From Actinomycetota bacterium (GTDB lineage Bacteria > Actinomycetota > Acidimicrobiia > Actinomarinales > Actinomarinaceae): a stretch of 64,000 bases of DNA. The first letter of the stretch is position 1. Every line of letters begins with the position of its first letter. The DNA lies in the NCBI GenBank assembly GCA_027729925.1, contig JAQCEB010000001.1, forward strand, positions 23,419 through 87,418, given 5' to 3'. Below, in pieces: positions 39,179 to 50,308 of this stretch. The notes under the pieces were generated by a model. The model was not told the origin of the DNA. It did no database searches and worked only from the letters and a program-made list of their open reading frames with translations. A program made the position numbers and the translations under genes.

Positions 39179-41683
39179 ATGATAATCCTTATTGATGGCC
39201 ACAGCATAGCATTTAGAGCTTTCTATGCTTTACCAGAAACTTTAACAACGAAAGACGGTTTTCCGACAAATGTTATACATGGTTTTCTGATGATGCTTGC
39301 AAGGTTAGTCAAAGAATATGAACCTAATCAAGTTATTGTAACTTGGGATATTTCTAAAAAGACTTTCAGATCTGATCTTTTCCCGGAATATAAAGCAAAT
39401 AGAACTTCTTCACCGGATGTTTTTAAAGTACAAATAAAAAGTCTTCAGAATCTTCTCAAAACTTTTAATATTCCCCAGGTTACTTTGGAAGGCTATGAAG
39501 CTGACGATGTATTAGGCTCTCTTGCTTTTCAATTTAATAATATAAATAAAGAAGTCCATATATTAACTGGAGATAGAGATACTTTTCAATTAATTAATAA
39601 CTTAACAAAAATCCTTTTTACAAAAAAAGGTATTAGCCAACTAGAGATTTTTGATGAATCAATGTTTAAAGAAAATTTTCAGATATCTTCTAAACAATAT
39701 ATTGAATATTTAGCATTGAAGGGGGATCCGTCAGATAACATTCCAGGAGTACCAGGAATTGGTGAAAAAACAGCTAAATCTTTACTAATTCAATTTTTTT
39801 CAATTGAAAATATTTTAAAGAATATCGATGAACTTAGTCCTAAAATTAAAGCAAGTTTAATTAAAAATAAAAATTTACTCGATATAAGTAAAAAACTTGC
39901 TGAAATTAAAACTGATTTAACCCTACCAATACCAACAACAACAGTTAAAGAATCTGTTTTTTTTAGCAAGGAAATATTAAATAACTCTCTAAAGGATATA
40001 GATACTTTCGAGTTAAATCGATTTCTCGGCGTAACTGAAACTCAAAAAACAGAAAATTTAAAAGGTTTAAACTCTATAAATGAATACAAAGCCAAAACAA
40101 AATTAAATGGTAAATATCTAGTTTTCAAGCACAAAGATACTTTTTATTTCACAAACGGTAAAACTTACGGAAAATCAATTTCAATTAATATATTTGAAGA
40201 AGTTATATCTGCTACTTCTCAGAATATTGCTTTTTCTAATCCGGAGATAATAAAATTTCAAAGTTTTATTGCTTTGGACTGTATTTTATTTCTTATAGAT
40301 CCATCAAATAAACCTGACACATTGTTAAACGTATGTAATTCGATTAATAGAGATAATAATTTAGATAAAAAATCAAGTGAGATAAGCTACCTAAGTTTCT
40401 TTCATGAAAATTTTGATCAGATAATAAATTTGCTTTCAAAATTTAATAAAGATAAAAAATCTCTTAGCTTATATAAAGAAATTGATTTTCCAATGTTAAT
40501 AGTCCTATCAAATATGGAGAAGCAGGGGATAAATGTATCGCTAAAAAAAATGAAAGATTTATCTAAATCACTTGCTTTAGAACTAAAAGAGCTTCAAAAA
40601 AAATGCTTTACTTTATCTGGAACAGATTTTAATTTAAACTCTCCTAAACAATTATCTGAGGTACTTTTCCAAAAATTAAAACTCCCAATCATTAAAAAAA
40701 CGCCATCTGGTTCTCCTTCCACCGATGCAAGTGTACTTGAAGAATTAGCAATTAATAATGAACTACCATCCGTGATCTTAAAATACAGAGAACTTGAAAA
40801 AATTAGATCGACATATGTTGACGGTCTTATTCCAGAAGTTTCCGAAAAAGAAAAAATACATACACATTACAATCTTTTCGGTGCAGCTACTGGTAGATTA
40901 TCATCTGAAAAACCAAATCTGCAAAATATTCCAAATAAAACTGAGCTAGGTCAAAAAATTAGAGATTTTTTTATATCAAAACCAACTCATAAATTTGTAA
41001 TTTCAGATTATTCACAAATTGAATTAAGAGTTTTAGCACACCTAAGCAATGATAAGGAAATGATTAAAATTTTACAAAATGTAAATTCTGATATTCACTC
41101 AGAAACTGCATCAAGAATATTTGATGTAGATATTTCAAAAGTAGATTTTGAAATGAGAAGAAAGGCAAAAGAAGTCAATTTTGGACTTATTTACGGAATG
41201 GAAGCTTTTGGATTATCAAAAAGCTTAAATATAGAGCAAAAAGAAGCTACTAAGTTAATTGAAAATTATTTTGCACAGTTTCCATCAATTAAAGGATATT
41301 TAGAAGAGGTAGTTAAATCAGCTGAACAAAAATCATACACATCAACTTTATTTGGAAGAAAAAGATTTATTAATGAACTTACTTCTTCTAATTTCCAGAT
41401 TAAATCTATGGGTAAAAGAATAGCTATGAACGCCCCTATTCAAGGCACTGCAGCAGACATTATGAAAATAGCTATGGTGAATATTTCCAATAAAATTGAA
41501 AAAAACAATGAAACTAAAATTTTATTACAGATTCATGATGAGATTGTTGTAGAGTCACCTGATAGAAATATTGAAAATATAATCAAAATAATTGAACAAG
41601 AAATGCAAAATGCAGCTAAATTAAAAGTTCCGTTGTATGTAAACACTAAAGTCTCAACTTCTCTTGCAAATTTTAATAATTAG
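39179..41683 (+). CDS. polA: DNA polymerase I
   Basis: 5'-nuclease domain (GDPSDNIPGVPGIGEKTA), polymerase motifs (DYSQIELRVLAHLS, RRKAKEVNFGLIYG, QIHDEIVVE). The middle 3'-5' exonuclease region lacks the DxE/YxxxD catalytic residues. Confidence 0.95.
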   Translation: MIILIDGHSIAFRAFYALPETLTTKDGFPTNVIHGFLMMLARLVKEYEPNQVIVTWDISKKTFRSDLFPEYKANRTSSPDVFKVQIKSLQNLLKTFNIPQVTLEGYEADDVLGSLAFQFNNINKEVHILTGDRDTFQLINNLTKILFTKKGISQLEIFDESMFKENFQISSKQYIEYLALKGDPSDNIPGVPGIGEKTAKSLLIQFFSIENILKNIDELSPKIKASLIKNKNLLDISKKLAEIKTDLTLPIPTTTVKESVFFSKEILNNSLKDIDTFELNRFLGVTETQKTENLKGLNSINEYKAKTKLNGKYLVFKHKDTFYFTNGKTYGKSISINIFEEVISATSQNIAFSNPEIIKFQSFIALDCILFLIDPSNKPDTLLNVCNSINRDNNLDKKSSEISYLSFFHENFDQIINLLSKFNKDKKSLSLYKEIDFPMLIVLSNMEKQGINVSLKKMKDLSKSLALELKELQKKCFTLSGTDFNLNSPKQLSEVLFQKLKLPIIKKTPSGSPSTDASVLEELAINNELPSVILKYRELEKIRSTYVDGLIPEVSEKEKIHTHYNLFGAATGRLSSEKPNLQNIPNKTELGQKIRDFFISKPTHKFVISDYSQIELRVLAHLSNDKEMIKILQNVNSDIHSETASRIFDVDISKVDFEMRRKAKEVNFGLIYGMEAFGLSKSLNIEQKEATKLIENYFAQFPSIKGYLEEVVKSAEQKSYTSTLFGRKRFINELTSSNFQIKSMGKRIAMNAPIQGTAADIMKIAMVNISNKIEKNNETKILLQIHDEIVVESPDRNIENIIKIIEQEMQNAAKLKVPLYVNTKVSTSLANFNN

Positions 41684-41748
41684 TTTGTAAAAAACACAGA
41701 TATGTTATTCTTATTGACGCAACACTATGAATGGAAAATTAAAAACAG

Positions 41749-43017
41749 ATGACAGATAATTCAATTGAAGCGCGTTCGGCTTCAAACGTCGTTGAACTTC
41801 CAGAAAATATAAAACCAGAAGATTTCCCAACACTTCTAGAGATGACTCTAGTTTCTTTTAATAATGGTGATGTTATTGAAGGTACAGTTGTCAAAGTTGA
41901 CAGAAATGAAGTAATGGTTGATGTTGGATATAAATCAGAAGGAATAATTCCATCAAGAGAATTATCAGTACGTAAAGGCGTTAACCCAAAAGATTTAATT
42001 AAGCAAGGTGAAAAAATTAAAGCACTTGTTCTAGAAAAGGAAGATGATGAAGGTAGATTAATTCTTTCTATTAAAAGAGCTGTTTATGAAAAAGCTTGGG
42101 GAGACATTCAAGAAATTGCAGATTCAAAAAAATCAATTAAAGGGACTGTTATTGAATCCGTTAAAGGTGGATTAATTGTAGATATAGGCGTTAGAGGTTT
42201 TCTTCCTGCTTCATTAATTGATGTTCGAAGAGTTAAAGAATTATCTGCTTATGTTGGCGAGGAAATTGAAGCCAAAATTTTAGAACTTGATAGACAGAAA
42301 AATAATATAGTACTTTCAAGGAAAGCTCATCTTGAAGAAGAACTTTCGGAAGAAAGACAAGGTTTCCTTGACGATCTTCAAATAGGGGATGTTAAAGAAG
42401 GAAAAATATCTTCAATTGTTTCATTTGGTGCATTTGTTGATATCGGAGGTATGGATGGTTTAGTGCATGTTTCAGAATTATCTTGGAGACATGTTGAAAA
42501 TCCTAATGAAATTGTAAAAGTTGGAGACTCCGTTACAGTTAAAGTTCTTGAGATTGACAATGATAAAGAAAGAATCTCACTTTCTATTAAGCAAGTCAAA
42601 GAGGACCCTTGGTTAGATTTCGAATTACATTATAAAGAAAATGACGTTGTAGAAGGTGAGGTCACTAAAGTAGTACCATTTGGAGCATTTATTACAATTG
42701 GTAAAGGTGTAGAAGGTCTTGTTCATGTTTCTGAGATTTCTACTGAAAAAGTTGATTCACCTGAATTAGCTCTTGCAATTGGACAAAAAGTTCAAGTAAA
42801 GGTTACTGAATTAGATATCGAGAAAAGAAGAGTGAATCTTTCTATTAAACAAGCAGATCCTAATTGGAAAAATGTTGAAATTGAAAAAAATACCCCAAAA
42901 ACTCACTCATTTGAATCTGAAGAAACTACTCCAAAACGTCAAACTGTAGAAGGAGTAGATGAGTCATTAGCAAATATTCTTCAGGAGCTCAAAGAAAGAG
43001 GAATAGGAAACTCCTAG
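41749..43017 (+). CDS. rpsA: 30S ribosomal protein S1
   Basis: Four tandem S1 domains (GxV.G.V...V.FGAFV.IG...GLVHVSE repeats). Syntenic polA-rpsA-coaE. Confidence 0.9.
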   Translation: MTDNSIEARSASNVVELPENIKPEDFPTLLEMTLVSFNNGDVIEGTVVKVDRNEVMVDVGYKSEGIIPSRELSVRKGVNPKDLIKQGEKIKALVLEKEDDEGRLILSIKRAVYEKAWGDIQEIADSKKSIKGTVIESVKGGLIVDIGVRGFLPASLIDVRRVKELSAYVGEEIEAKILELDRQKNNIVLSRKAHLEEELSEERQGFLDDLQIGDVKEGKISSIVSFGAFVDIGGMDGLVHVSELSWRHVENPNEIVKVGDSVTVKVLEIDNDKERISLSIKQVKEDPWLDFELHYKENDVVEGEVTKVVPFGAFITIGKGVEGLVHVSEISTEKVDSPELALAIGQKVQVKVTELDIEKRRVNLSIKQADPNWKNVEIEKNTPKTHSFESEETTPKRQTVEGVDESLANILQELKERGIGNS

Positions 43018-43047
43018 ATTATTTTTTTTAGCACTTAATCTAATGAT

Positions 43048-43611
43048 ATGGCTAAAAAAGTTTACTTTCTAACCGGTCCAATTGGAAGTGGTAAAAGTAC
43101 AGCTTCAAATTACCTTAAATCAAAAGGATATATAACAATAGATTTAGATAAAGTGTCGAATGAAATATTATTCAGTGACGTTTCTAAAGATTTTCTTGTA
43201 ATTAATTTTCCAGAAGTTACAACTAATAAATCAATTGATAAACAAAAACTAGCAAATATTGTTTTTCAAAATTCAAATAAATTAAAAATTCTTGAAGATT
43301 TTTTGCATCCTAAAGTTCAAGAAAAATTACTTGAAATACTTTCCAAAAACAATCAGATAGTATTTGTTGAAATTTCTGCACCAAAAAAAATAGAAAATGA
43401 TTTAGATTATTTAGTTATTTTTTCAGATCGAGAAACAAGAATTAAAAGACTCATTGAGAGGGGAATGAATATTAAAGATATTAAAAATCGCATTAATTCT
43501 CAACCAAATGATCAATTTTGGTTAAAGGCTGGTTATACAATTACTAATATAGAAATTCAACAATTGTATAGAGAAATAGATAAATTTTTAAAATTAAATA
43601 ATTTAGAATAA
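43048..43611 (+). CDS. coaE: dephospho-CoA kinase
   Basis: P-loop GPIGSGKST, 187 aa. Confidence 0.8.
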   Translation: MAKKVYFLTGPIGSGKSTASNYLKSKGYITIDLDKVSNEILFSDVSKDFLVINFPEVTTNKSIDKQKLANIVFQNSNKLKILEDFLHPKVQEKLLEILSKNNQIVFVEISAPKKIENDLDYLVIFSDRETRIKRLIERGMNIKDIKNRINSQPNDQFWLKAGYTITNIEIQQLYREIDKFLKLNNLE

Positions 43612-43627
43612 TCGAACATATGTTCTA
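43612..43627 (+). promoter_or_regulatory. LexA/SOS box (TCGAAC-N4-GTTC) overlapping the uvrB promoter
   Basis: TCGAACATATGTTCTA is a near-perfect match to the Gram-positive/actinobacterial LexA operator TCGAAC-N4-GTTCGA. It lies 20 nt upstream of the uvrB ATG, next to a TATAAT -10 (43633-38). Confidence 0.65.
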
Positions 43628-43646
43628 CTTGATATAATTAATTCCT

Positions 43647-45644
43647 ATGACATTATTTCAAGTTAAAGCAGATTTTAAGCCAACAGGAGATCAACCTAAA
43701 GCAATTGAAGAATTGTATCAAGGATTACAAAATGGATTTGATTTTCAAACACTAAAAGGCATAACAGGATCAGGTAAGTCAGCAACAATAGCGTGGTTGA
43801 TAGAAAAATGTCAATTACCAACACTTGTTTTAGCGCCAAATAAGGCATTAGCAGCACAGTTAGCTAATGAATTTAGACAATTTTTTCCAGAAAATAGAGT
43901 CGAATATTTTGTGTCGTATTACGACTATTATCAACCTGAAGCATATGTCCCAAGAACAGATACTTTTATTGAAAAAGATGCCAATATTAATGAAGAAATT
44001 GATAGGTTAAGACATTCAGCAACAAGTGCTTTATTGCTAAGAAACGATGTAATAGTAGTTTCATCAGTGTCTTGTATTTATGGTCTAGGATCACCAGATG
44101 AGTATCGCAACAAATTAATTCCTATTCATCTTGGTCAGGAGTATGATTTAGATAATTTGTTATTAGATCTTGTAAAGCAACAATATACAAGAAATGATTT
44201 AGTCGTAAACAGAGGATCTTTCAGACTTAAAGGAGATACATTAGATATTTTTCCTGTTTATGAAGAAACAATTTTTAGAATAGAATTCTTTGGTGATGAA
44301 GTAGAAAATATTTCAAGAATAGACCCAACAACAGGTGAAATACTTGAAAAATTAAATGAGTTAGCGATTCTACCTGCTACACATTATGTAATTTCTGAAG
44401 ATATTAAAAAAAATGCACTTAGAAAAATAAAAATAGATTTAGAAAAACAAATAAAAAAATTTGAAAACGAAAACAAACTATTAGAAGCGCAAAGAATTGC
44501 ACAAAGAACTAATTTTGATTTAGAAATGATTGCTGAACTAGGAGTTTGTTCTGGAATAGAGAATTATTCAAGATATTTTGATGGTAGAGAATCTGGTGAA
44601 CCACCTTATACACTAATAGATTTCTTTGGAGATAATTTTTTAATGGTCGTTGATGAGAGCCATATTTCAATTCCACAAATAAGAGGCCAATATGAGGGAG
44701 ATAAATCCAGAAAAACTACATTGGTGGAATATGGATTTAGATTGCCTGCTGCACTTGACAATAGACCTTTAAAATTTGAAGAATGGAAAACTAAAGTTAA
44801 AAAGACTGTTCTTGTTTCTGCTACACCTGGTAAATGGGAAAATGAAAATTCAAAATTATTTGTTGAACAAGTGATTAGGCCAACAGGACTTTTGGACCCT
44901 AATGTAATAATTAAAGCAACTGAAAATCAGATAAATGACTTATTAACAGAAATTAAAAGTGTTATCAATAATGGAAACAGGGTTTTAGTAACAACCTTAA
45001 CAAAAAAAATGAGTGAAGCCTTAAGTGATTTTTTGCTTAAATCTGGTATTAAAACTAGATATCTTCACTCAGATATCGACACTTTAGAAAGAATCGAAAT
45101 ATTAAGAGATTTAAGAAAAGGAGAATTTGATGTTTTGGTAGGCATAAATTTATTACGAGAAGGTTTAGACTTGCCTGAAGTTCAGTTAGTAGCAATACTG
45201 GATGCTGATAAAGAAGGATTTCTAAGATCAGAAACCAGTTTGATTCAAACTATAGGAAGAGCTGCTAGAAATAAAGATGGATACGTAATCATGTACGCAG
45301 ATAAATATACAGACTCAATGACAAAAGCTATTCATGAGACTAAAAGAAGAAGAGCTTTACAAAAAGAACATAATCTAAAATATAACATTACTCCAAAAAC
45401 TATTGAAAAAGGCATAACAGATATACTCGATTTAATTGAAAGAACAAGGGCTTCAGACAATTCTGGATTTAGTAAATCTAGCTTGGATATCTCGAATGCA
45501 TCAAAAGAAGATTTAATAAAATTATCTAAAAATTTAGAAAAAGAAATGAAAACAGCTGCTGAATTGTTAGAGTTTGAACTTGCAGCTAGATTAAGAGACG
45601 AGTTAAAAGAATTGAGAAAAGAAATTCAAGAATTTTCACTATGA
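43647..45644 (+). CDS. uvrB: excinuclease ABC subunit B
   Basis: Helicase motifs (GITGSGKS, DESH), beta-hairpin region, and C-terminal UVR domain ARLRDELKELR. Confidence 0.95.
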   Translation: MTLFQVKADFKPTGDQPKAIEELYQGLQNGFDFQTLKGITGSGKSATIAWLIEKCQLPTLVLAPNKALAAQLANEFRQFFPENRVEYFVSYYDYYQPEAYVPRTDTFIEKDANINEEIDRLRHSATSALLLRNDVIVVSSVSCIYGLGSPDEYRNKLIPIHLGQEYDLDNLLLDLVKQQYTRNDLVVNRGSFRLKGDTLDIFPVYEETIFRIEFFGDEVENISRIDPTTGEILEKLNELAILPATHYVISEDIKKNALRKIKIDLEKQIKKFENENKLLEAQRIAQRTNFDLEMIAELGVCSGIENYSRYFDGRESGEPPYTLIDFFGDNFLMVVDESHISIPQIRGQYEGDKSRKTTLVEYGFRLPAALDNRPLKFEEWKTKVKKTVLVSATPGKWENENSKLFVEQVIRPTGLLDPNVIIKATENQINDLLTEIKSVINNGNRVLVTTLTKKMSEALSDFLLKSGIKTRYLHSDIDTLERIEILRDLRKGEFDVLVGINLLREGLDLPEVQLVAILDADKEGFLRSETSLIQTIGRAARNKDGYVIMYADKYTDSMTKAIHETKRRRALQKEHNLKYNITPKTIEKGITDILDLIERTRASDNSGFSKSSLDISNASKEDLIKLSKNLEKEMKTAAELLEFELAARLRDELKELRKEIQEFSL

Positions 45645-48454
45645 GTGATCAATATTTAAAAATAAGAGGTGCAAAAGAACATAACTTAAAGAACATATCT
45701 GTTGATATTCCAAAAAACTCTCTAGTTGTTATAACTGGTCTATCTGGTTCTGGTAAATCATCTTTAGCCTTTGACACTATTTATGCAGAAGGGCAAAGGA
45801 GATATGTTGAAAGTTTGAGTGCTTATGCAAGACAATTCTTAGGCCAAATGGAAAAACCAAATGTTGAAAGTATCGAAGGTTTATCACCTGCTATTGCAAT
45901 CGACCAAAAAACATCATCAAGAAGTCCTCGTTCAACGGTTGGTACGGTAACTGAAATTCAAGATTACTTAAGACTTTTATGGGCAAGAATAGGAATTAGT
46001 TATTGTCCCAAATGCAATAAAAAAATTGAAAAACAATCAATAAACTTCATTGTAAAACAAATATTACAGCTAGGTGAAGATCAGAACATTGATGTTTTAG
46101 CTCCAATAATTAAATCGAGAAAGGGAGAATTTGATACATTATTTAAAGATTTAAGTGCACAAGGTTTTTCAAGAGTTTTAGTAGATGGTGAAATTTTAAG
46201 ATTAGAAAATACAACTAAATTAGATAGATATTACAACCACGACATCTCTGTAGTTATTGACAGAATTAAGATAAAAAAAACCCCAAGCAGGAGATTAACT
46301 CAATCTGTTGAAACAGCGATTTCGTTAACAAAGGGACAAATTGATATAAGGATTGAAAATAAAACTATATCATATAGTCAAAATCTCGGTTGTATTGATT
46401 GTGGTTTATCATTTGATAAATTAGAACCTAGAGATTTTTCTTTCAATTCACCATTTGGAGCCTGTGCAATTTGTAATGGTATAGGCGTTAGTTATGAGAT
46501 TGATGAAAAGCTTCTAATTAAAGATTTTGATTTAACTATCGAGGAAAATGTCTTTCCAGATATGTCAACTCGTAAATTTTTTAGAGCACAAATTTTTGGA
46601 GTTTGTGAAGAATTCAAAATTCCAATTGATGTTCCTTATAAAAATTTAAGCAGTACTCAAAAAGGAATTTTACTAAATGGAAGTAATGGAGTTGAGACAG
46701 TAATTAGGTATGTTAATAGATTTGGCAACTCAAGAAAATGGTACAGACCATTTAGCGGTATTATCCCTACATTTAAAAGACTTTACGAAGAAACAAAATC
46801 TGATTCTGCAAGAGAATACTATCAACAATTTATGAGGGAACTTCCATGTAGGGGATGTGAAGGTGAAAGGTTTAATGAAAGATCAAGAAAAGTAAGAGTA
46901 GATAATACTACATTAGGAGAATTTAATAATTTATCGATCTCTGATGCTTTAATTAAAATTAAACATTTCAATCTTTCTGGAAATGATTTAGAAATTTCAA
47001 ATCCAATTATTCGTGAAATTATTGACCGACTTGAATTTCTCACAAAGGTTGGTCTAAGTTATTTACAATTAAGTAGAGGAGCATCAACATTATCAGGCGG
47101 TGAGGCTCAAAGGATTAGACTAGCTACACAAATTGGTTCGGGTTTAACTGGTGTGCTTTACGTCTTGGATGAACCATCTATTGGATTACATCAATCAGAT
47201 AATAAAAAATTAATTGATACTTTACAAAGTTTAAAAGAACTTGGAAATACAGTTTTGGTTGTAGAACATGATGAAGAGACAATGAAGAGTTCTGATTATT
47301 TAATTGATATTGGTTGGGGGGCTGGTGAACAAGGGGGTAATATTGTTGCTCAAGGTTCATGGAAAGATGTTTCTAACAATATAAAATCAATTACTGGTCA
47401 GTTTTTATCTGGTAGGCAGTCAATAATTGTTCCAAAAAATCGAAGAAAAGGAAATGGTAGTCAAATTACTATCAGAGGTGCTGCAGAAAATAATTTAAAA
47501 AATTTAACTGTTCAATTTCCATTGGGAAAAATGATTTCTGTAACCGGTGTTTCTGGTAGTGGTAAGTCTACATTAATAACAGAAATTCTATCAAAATCAG
47601 TCCAAAATGAGTTTTCTAAAAACTTCATTTTGCCAGGGCTTCACAAAAGTATCTCAGGTATAGAAAATATAGATAAATTAATCGAAATAGATCAGTCACC
47701 AATTGGAAGAACTCCAAGATCTAATCCAGCTACTTATTCCGGTGTATTTGACCAGATTAGAAATTTGTTTTCTTTAACAGAAGATTCAAAAATTAGAGGT
47801 TATAAACCAGGAAGATTTTCGTTTAATGTTCCAGGTGGAAGATGTGAATACTGTAAAGGCGATGGAAATATAAAAGTAGAGATGTATTTTTTACCAGATA
47901 TCTATGTTCTCTGTGAAGAATGTAACGGTTTAAGATACAATCCTGACACACTAGAAATTAAATGGAAAGGTTATAGCATTGCAGATATTTTGAATTCAAC
48001 TGTTGAAAACGCACTCTTAATTTTTGAAAATCAGCCTAGTATTTATAGAATTATTAAAACTTTAGATGATGTTGGGTTGTCTTATATAACATTAGGGCAA
48101 GCAGCTACAACACTCTCAGGTGGAGAAGCTCAACGAGTTAAGTTAGCTAAAGAATTAAGTAAAAGATCTACTGGTAAAACTTTATATATTCTTGATGAAC
48201 CAACTACAGGTTTACATTTTGCAGATGTACAAAAACTATTAGAAGTACTACATCTTTTAGTTGATAAAGGTAATACCGTAGTTGTTATTGAACATAATTT
48301 AGACGTTATAAAAAACTCTGATTGGATAATTGATTTAGGCCCAGAAGGTGGTGAAAATGGAGGCCAAATAATTGTAGAGGGAACCCCAGAAGCAGTTGCT
48401 AAAAATAAAAATTCATTAACAGGTATTTATTTAAAAGAATTGTTACATGGATAA
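45641..48454 (+). CDS. uvrA: excinuclease ABC subunit A
   Basis: Two ABC ATPase modules ([22 protein letters not shown]), zinc-finger Cys pairs, and LSGGE signatures. Confidence 0.95.
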   Translation: MSDQYLKIRGAKEHNLKNISVDIPKNSLVVITGLSGSGKSSLAFDTIYAEGQRRYVESLSAYARQFLGQMEKPNVESIEGLSPAIAIDQKTSSRSPRSTVGTVTEIQDYLRLLWARIGISYCPKCNKKIEKQSINFIVKQILQLGEDQNIDVLAPIIKSRKGEFDTLFKDLSAQGFSRVLVDGEILRLENTTKLDRYYNHDISVVIDRIKIKKTPSRRLTQSVETAISLTKGQIDIRIENKTISYSQNLGCIDCGLSFDKLEPRDFSFNSPFGACAICNGIGVSYEIDEKLLIKDFDLTIEENVFPDMSTRKFFRAQIFGVCEEFKIPIDVPYKNLSSTQKGILLNGSNGVETVIRYVNRFGNSRKWYRPFSGIIPTFKRLYEETKSDSAREYYQQFMRELPCRGCEGERFNERSRKVRVDNTTLGEFNNLSISDALIKIKHFNLSGNDLEISNPIIREIIDRLEFLTKVGLSYLQLSRGASTLSGGEAQRIRLATQIGSGLTGVLYVLDEPSIGLHQSDNKKLIDTLQSLKELGNTVLVVEHDEETMKSSDYLIDIGWGAGEQGGNIVAQGSWKDVSNNIKSITGQFLSGRQSIIVPKNRRKGNGSQITIRGAAENNLKNLTVQFPLGKMISVTGVSGSGKSTLITEILSKSVQNEFSKNFILPGLHKSISGIENIDKLIEIDQSPIGRTPRSNPATYSGVFDQIRNLFSLTEDSKIRGYKPGRFSFNVPGGRCEYCKGDGNIKVEMYFLPDIYVLCEECNGLRYNPDTLEIKWKGYSIADILNSTVENALLIFENQPSIYRIIKTLDDVGLSYITLGQAATTLSGGEAQRVKLAKELSKRSTGKTLYILDEPTTGLHFADVQKLLEVLHLLVDKGNTVVVIEHNLDVIKNSDWIIDLGPEGGENGGQIIVEGTPEAVAKNKNSLTGIYLKELLHG

Positions 48455-50249
48455 ATTAAATCCAAAAGAAATTCCTGATAGTCCAGGTGTATATATATTT
48501 AAAGATAAATACGACGAACCTATTTATATAGGAAAGGCAAAAAATTTAAGAAATAGAGTTGTCACTTATTTTAACCCAAACTCTGCATGGAAAGTTAAGA
48601 GATTGGTTTCTGAAGCTGAAAATATTTCGTTTGTATTATCGAAGAACGAAGCGAATGCTTTGTTAGCTGAATTTTCACTAATTCAAGAATTTAAACCAAA
48701 ATACAATATTCAATTTAAAGATGATAAATCTTATCCTTATGTCACAATAACTAACGAAAAATGGCAAAGAGCTTTTGTTAGTAGGAATATCGATAAAAAA
48801 AATATAAACTTTGGTCCATTTCCATATATAGGTGCTGCAAAACGCTCATTAGATCACTTAATAAATATATTTCCATTAAGAACTTGTAATGAAAATACGT
48901 TTAATAGACATAATACTTTAGGTAAACCATGTCTTTTGTTTGAGATTGAAAAATGCAGTGCACCATGTGTTAATAAAATTAATGAAAAAGAATATCAAGC
49001 TTTAGTTAATAATGTAAAAAACTTCTATAAAGGCAATTCAGACCATTTTATTACAGAAAAAATTGTAGAAATGAGTGAATTATCTCAAAAGCAAGAGTAT
49101 GAAAAAGCAAATAAAGTTAAAAAGCTACTTCAGCACTTAGAAAATGCAAGAATTAATCAAACATTAATGACTTCAAATGATAAGAATGTTGATGTTATCG
49201 GAATTGATGTTGGAAAATATGATGTAGTTGCAACTTGTTTATTTATTAGAAAAGGAAGAATTGTTGGCGAAATTAAAAAAAATTTTGAACCTATTAATAC
49301 TGAAGAGTTCAATCAGTACTTACCACAAATTATATTCAATGTTTTTTCAACAGAAGAACCTTCATCAGAAATCATTGTTTCGCATAGTTTTTTATATAAA
49401 GATGATGTTGAAAAGGAGTTGTCTAGATTATGGAAAAGAAAAATTAATATTCAAGTACCTCAACGAGGTTGGAAAAAGGACTTACTTTTAACAGCACTAG
49501 AAGATGCTGCAGAACTTAGAAGAGTTGCAGATCTAAAGCGAAGGAAAGATTTAGAGTTCAGAAGTCTATCTCTTGAACAACTAAAAAATAAATTAAATTT
49601 AAATAATGTTCCATACAGAATTGAAGCTTACGATGTTTCAAATTTAGGTGATAAATTTAGAGTGGGTTCAATGGTTGTTATGGAAGATGGATTAACTAAA
49701 CCGTCTATGTATAGAAAATTTCATATAAAATCATTTGAAGGTCAAGATGATTTTCGATCAATGGAAGAAATGATTTTTAGAAGAATAAAGAGATTAGATA
49801 GCAATAATGAAGTAGACCAAAGCTTTAAACGTCTTCCAGATCTTATTTTAATAGATGGAGGTAAAGGCCAGCTTTCAAAAGCTAAAAGTGTAATTGATCA
49901 TTTTAAATTAGAAATAGATGTAGTAGGACTTGCAAAAAAAGAAGAAGAATTATTCTTACCTAACAGGAAAGATGCAATAAAGTTAAACAAAAGCTCTGAA
50001 GCATTATTTATCCTACAAAATATTCGAGATGAAGCACATCGATTTGCTATTAGTGAAAATAGACGTCTTCGATTAAAAGATTTGGATATAAATAGTTCAT
50101 TAACTATTAAAGGAGTAAATAATCACTCATTAGATAAATTGTTTAAGAAATATACGTCACTTAGTGAAATTTCAAATGTAAGTTTTGATGATTTACTTGA
50201 AATTTTAGATGAAAAAGAAGCACAAAAAGTTTTTAAATATTTTAACTAA
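48447..50249 (+). CDS. uvrC: excinuclease ABC subunit C
   Basis: GIY-YIG N-terminus (PGVYIFKD...IYIGKAKNLRNR), UVR domain, RNase H-like endonuclease domain, and C-terminal (HhH)2. Confidence 0.9.
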   Translation: MDKLNPKEIPDSPGVYIFKDKYDEPIYIGKAKNLRNRVVTYFNPNSAWKVKRLVSEAENISFVLSKNEANALLAEFSLIQEFKPKYNIQFKDDKSYPYVTITNEKWQRAFVSRNIDKKNINFGPFPYIGAAKRSLDHLINIFPLRTCNENTFNRHNTLGKPCLLFEIEKCSAPCVNKINEKEYQALVNNVKNFYKGNSDHFITEKIVEMSELSQKQEYEKANKVKKLLQHLENARINQTLMTSNDKNVDVIGIDVGKYDVVATCLFIRKGRIVGEIKKNFEPINTEEFNQYLPQIIFNVFSTEEPSSEIIVSHSFLYKDDVEKELSRLWKRKINIQVPQRGWKKDLLLTALEDAAELRRVADLKRRKDLEFRSLSLEQLKNKLNLNNVPYRIEAYDVSNLGDKFRVGSMVVMEDGLTKPSMYRKFHIKSFEGQDDFRSMEEMIFRRIKRLDSNNEVDQSFKRLPDLILIDGGKGQLSKAKSVIDHFKLEIDVVGLAKKEEELFLPNRKDAIKLNKSSEALFILQNIRDEAHRFAISENRRLRLKDLDINSSLTIKGVNNHSLDKLFKKYTSLSEISNVSFDDLLEILDEKEAQKVFKYFN

Positions 50250-50308
50250 TTAATATTTAATTTTTCAATGAAATTAAACAATATGTATCATATAAATTAA
50301 AGGAAAAA

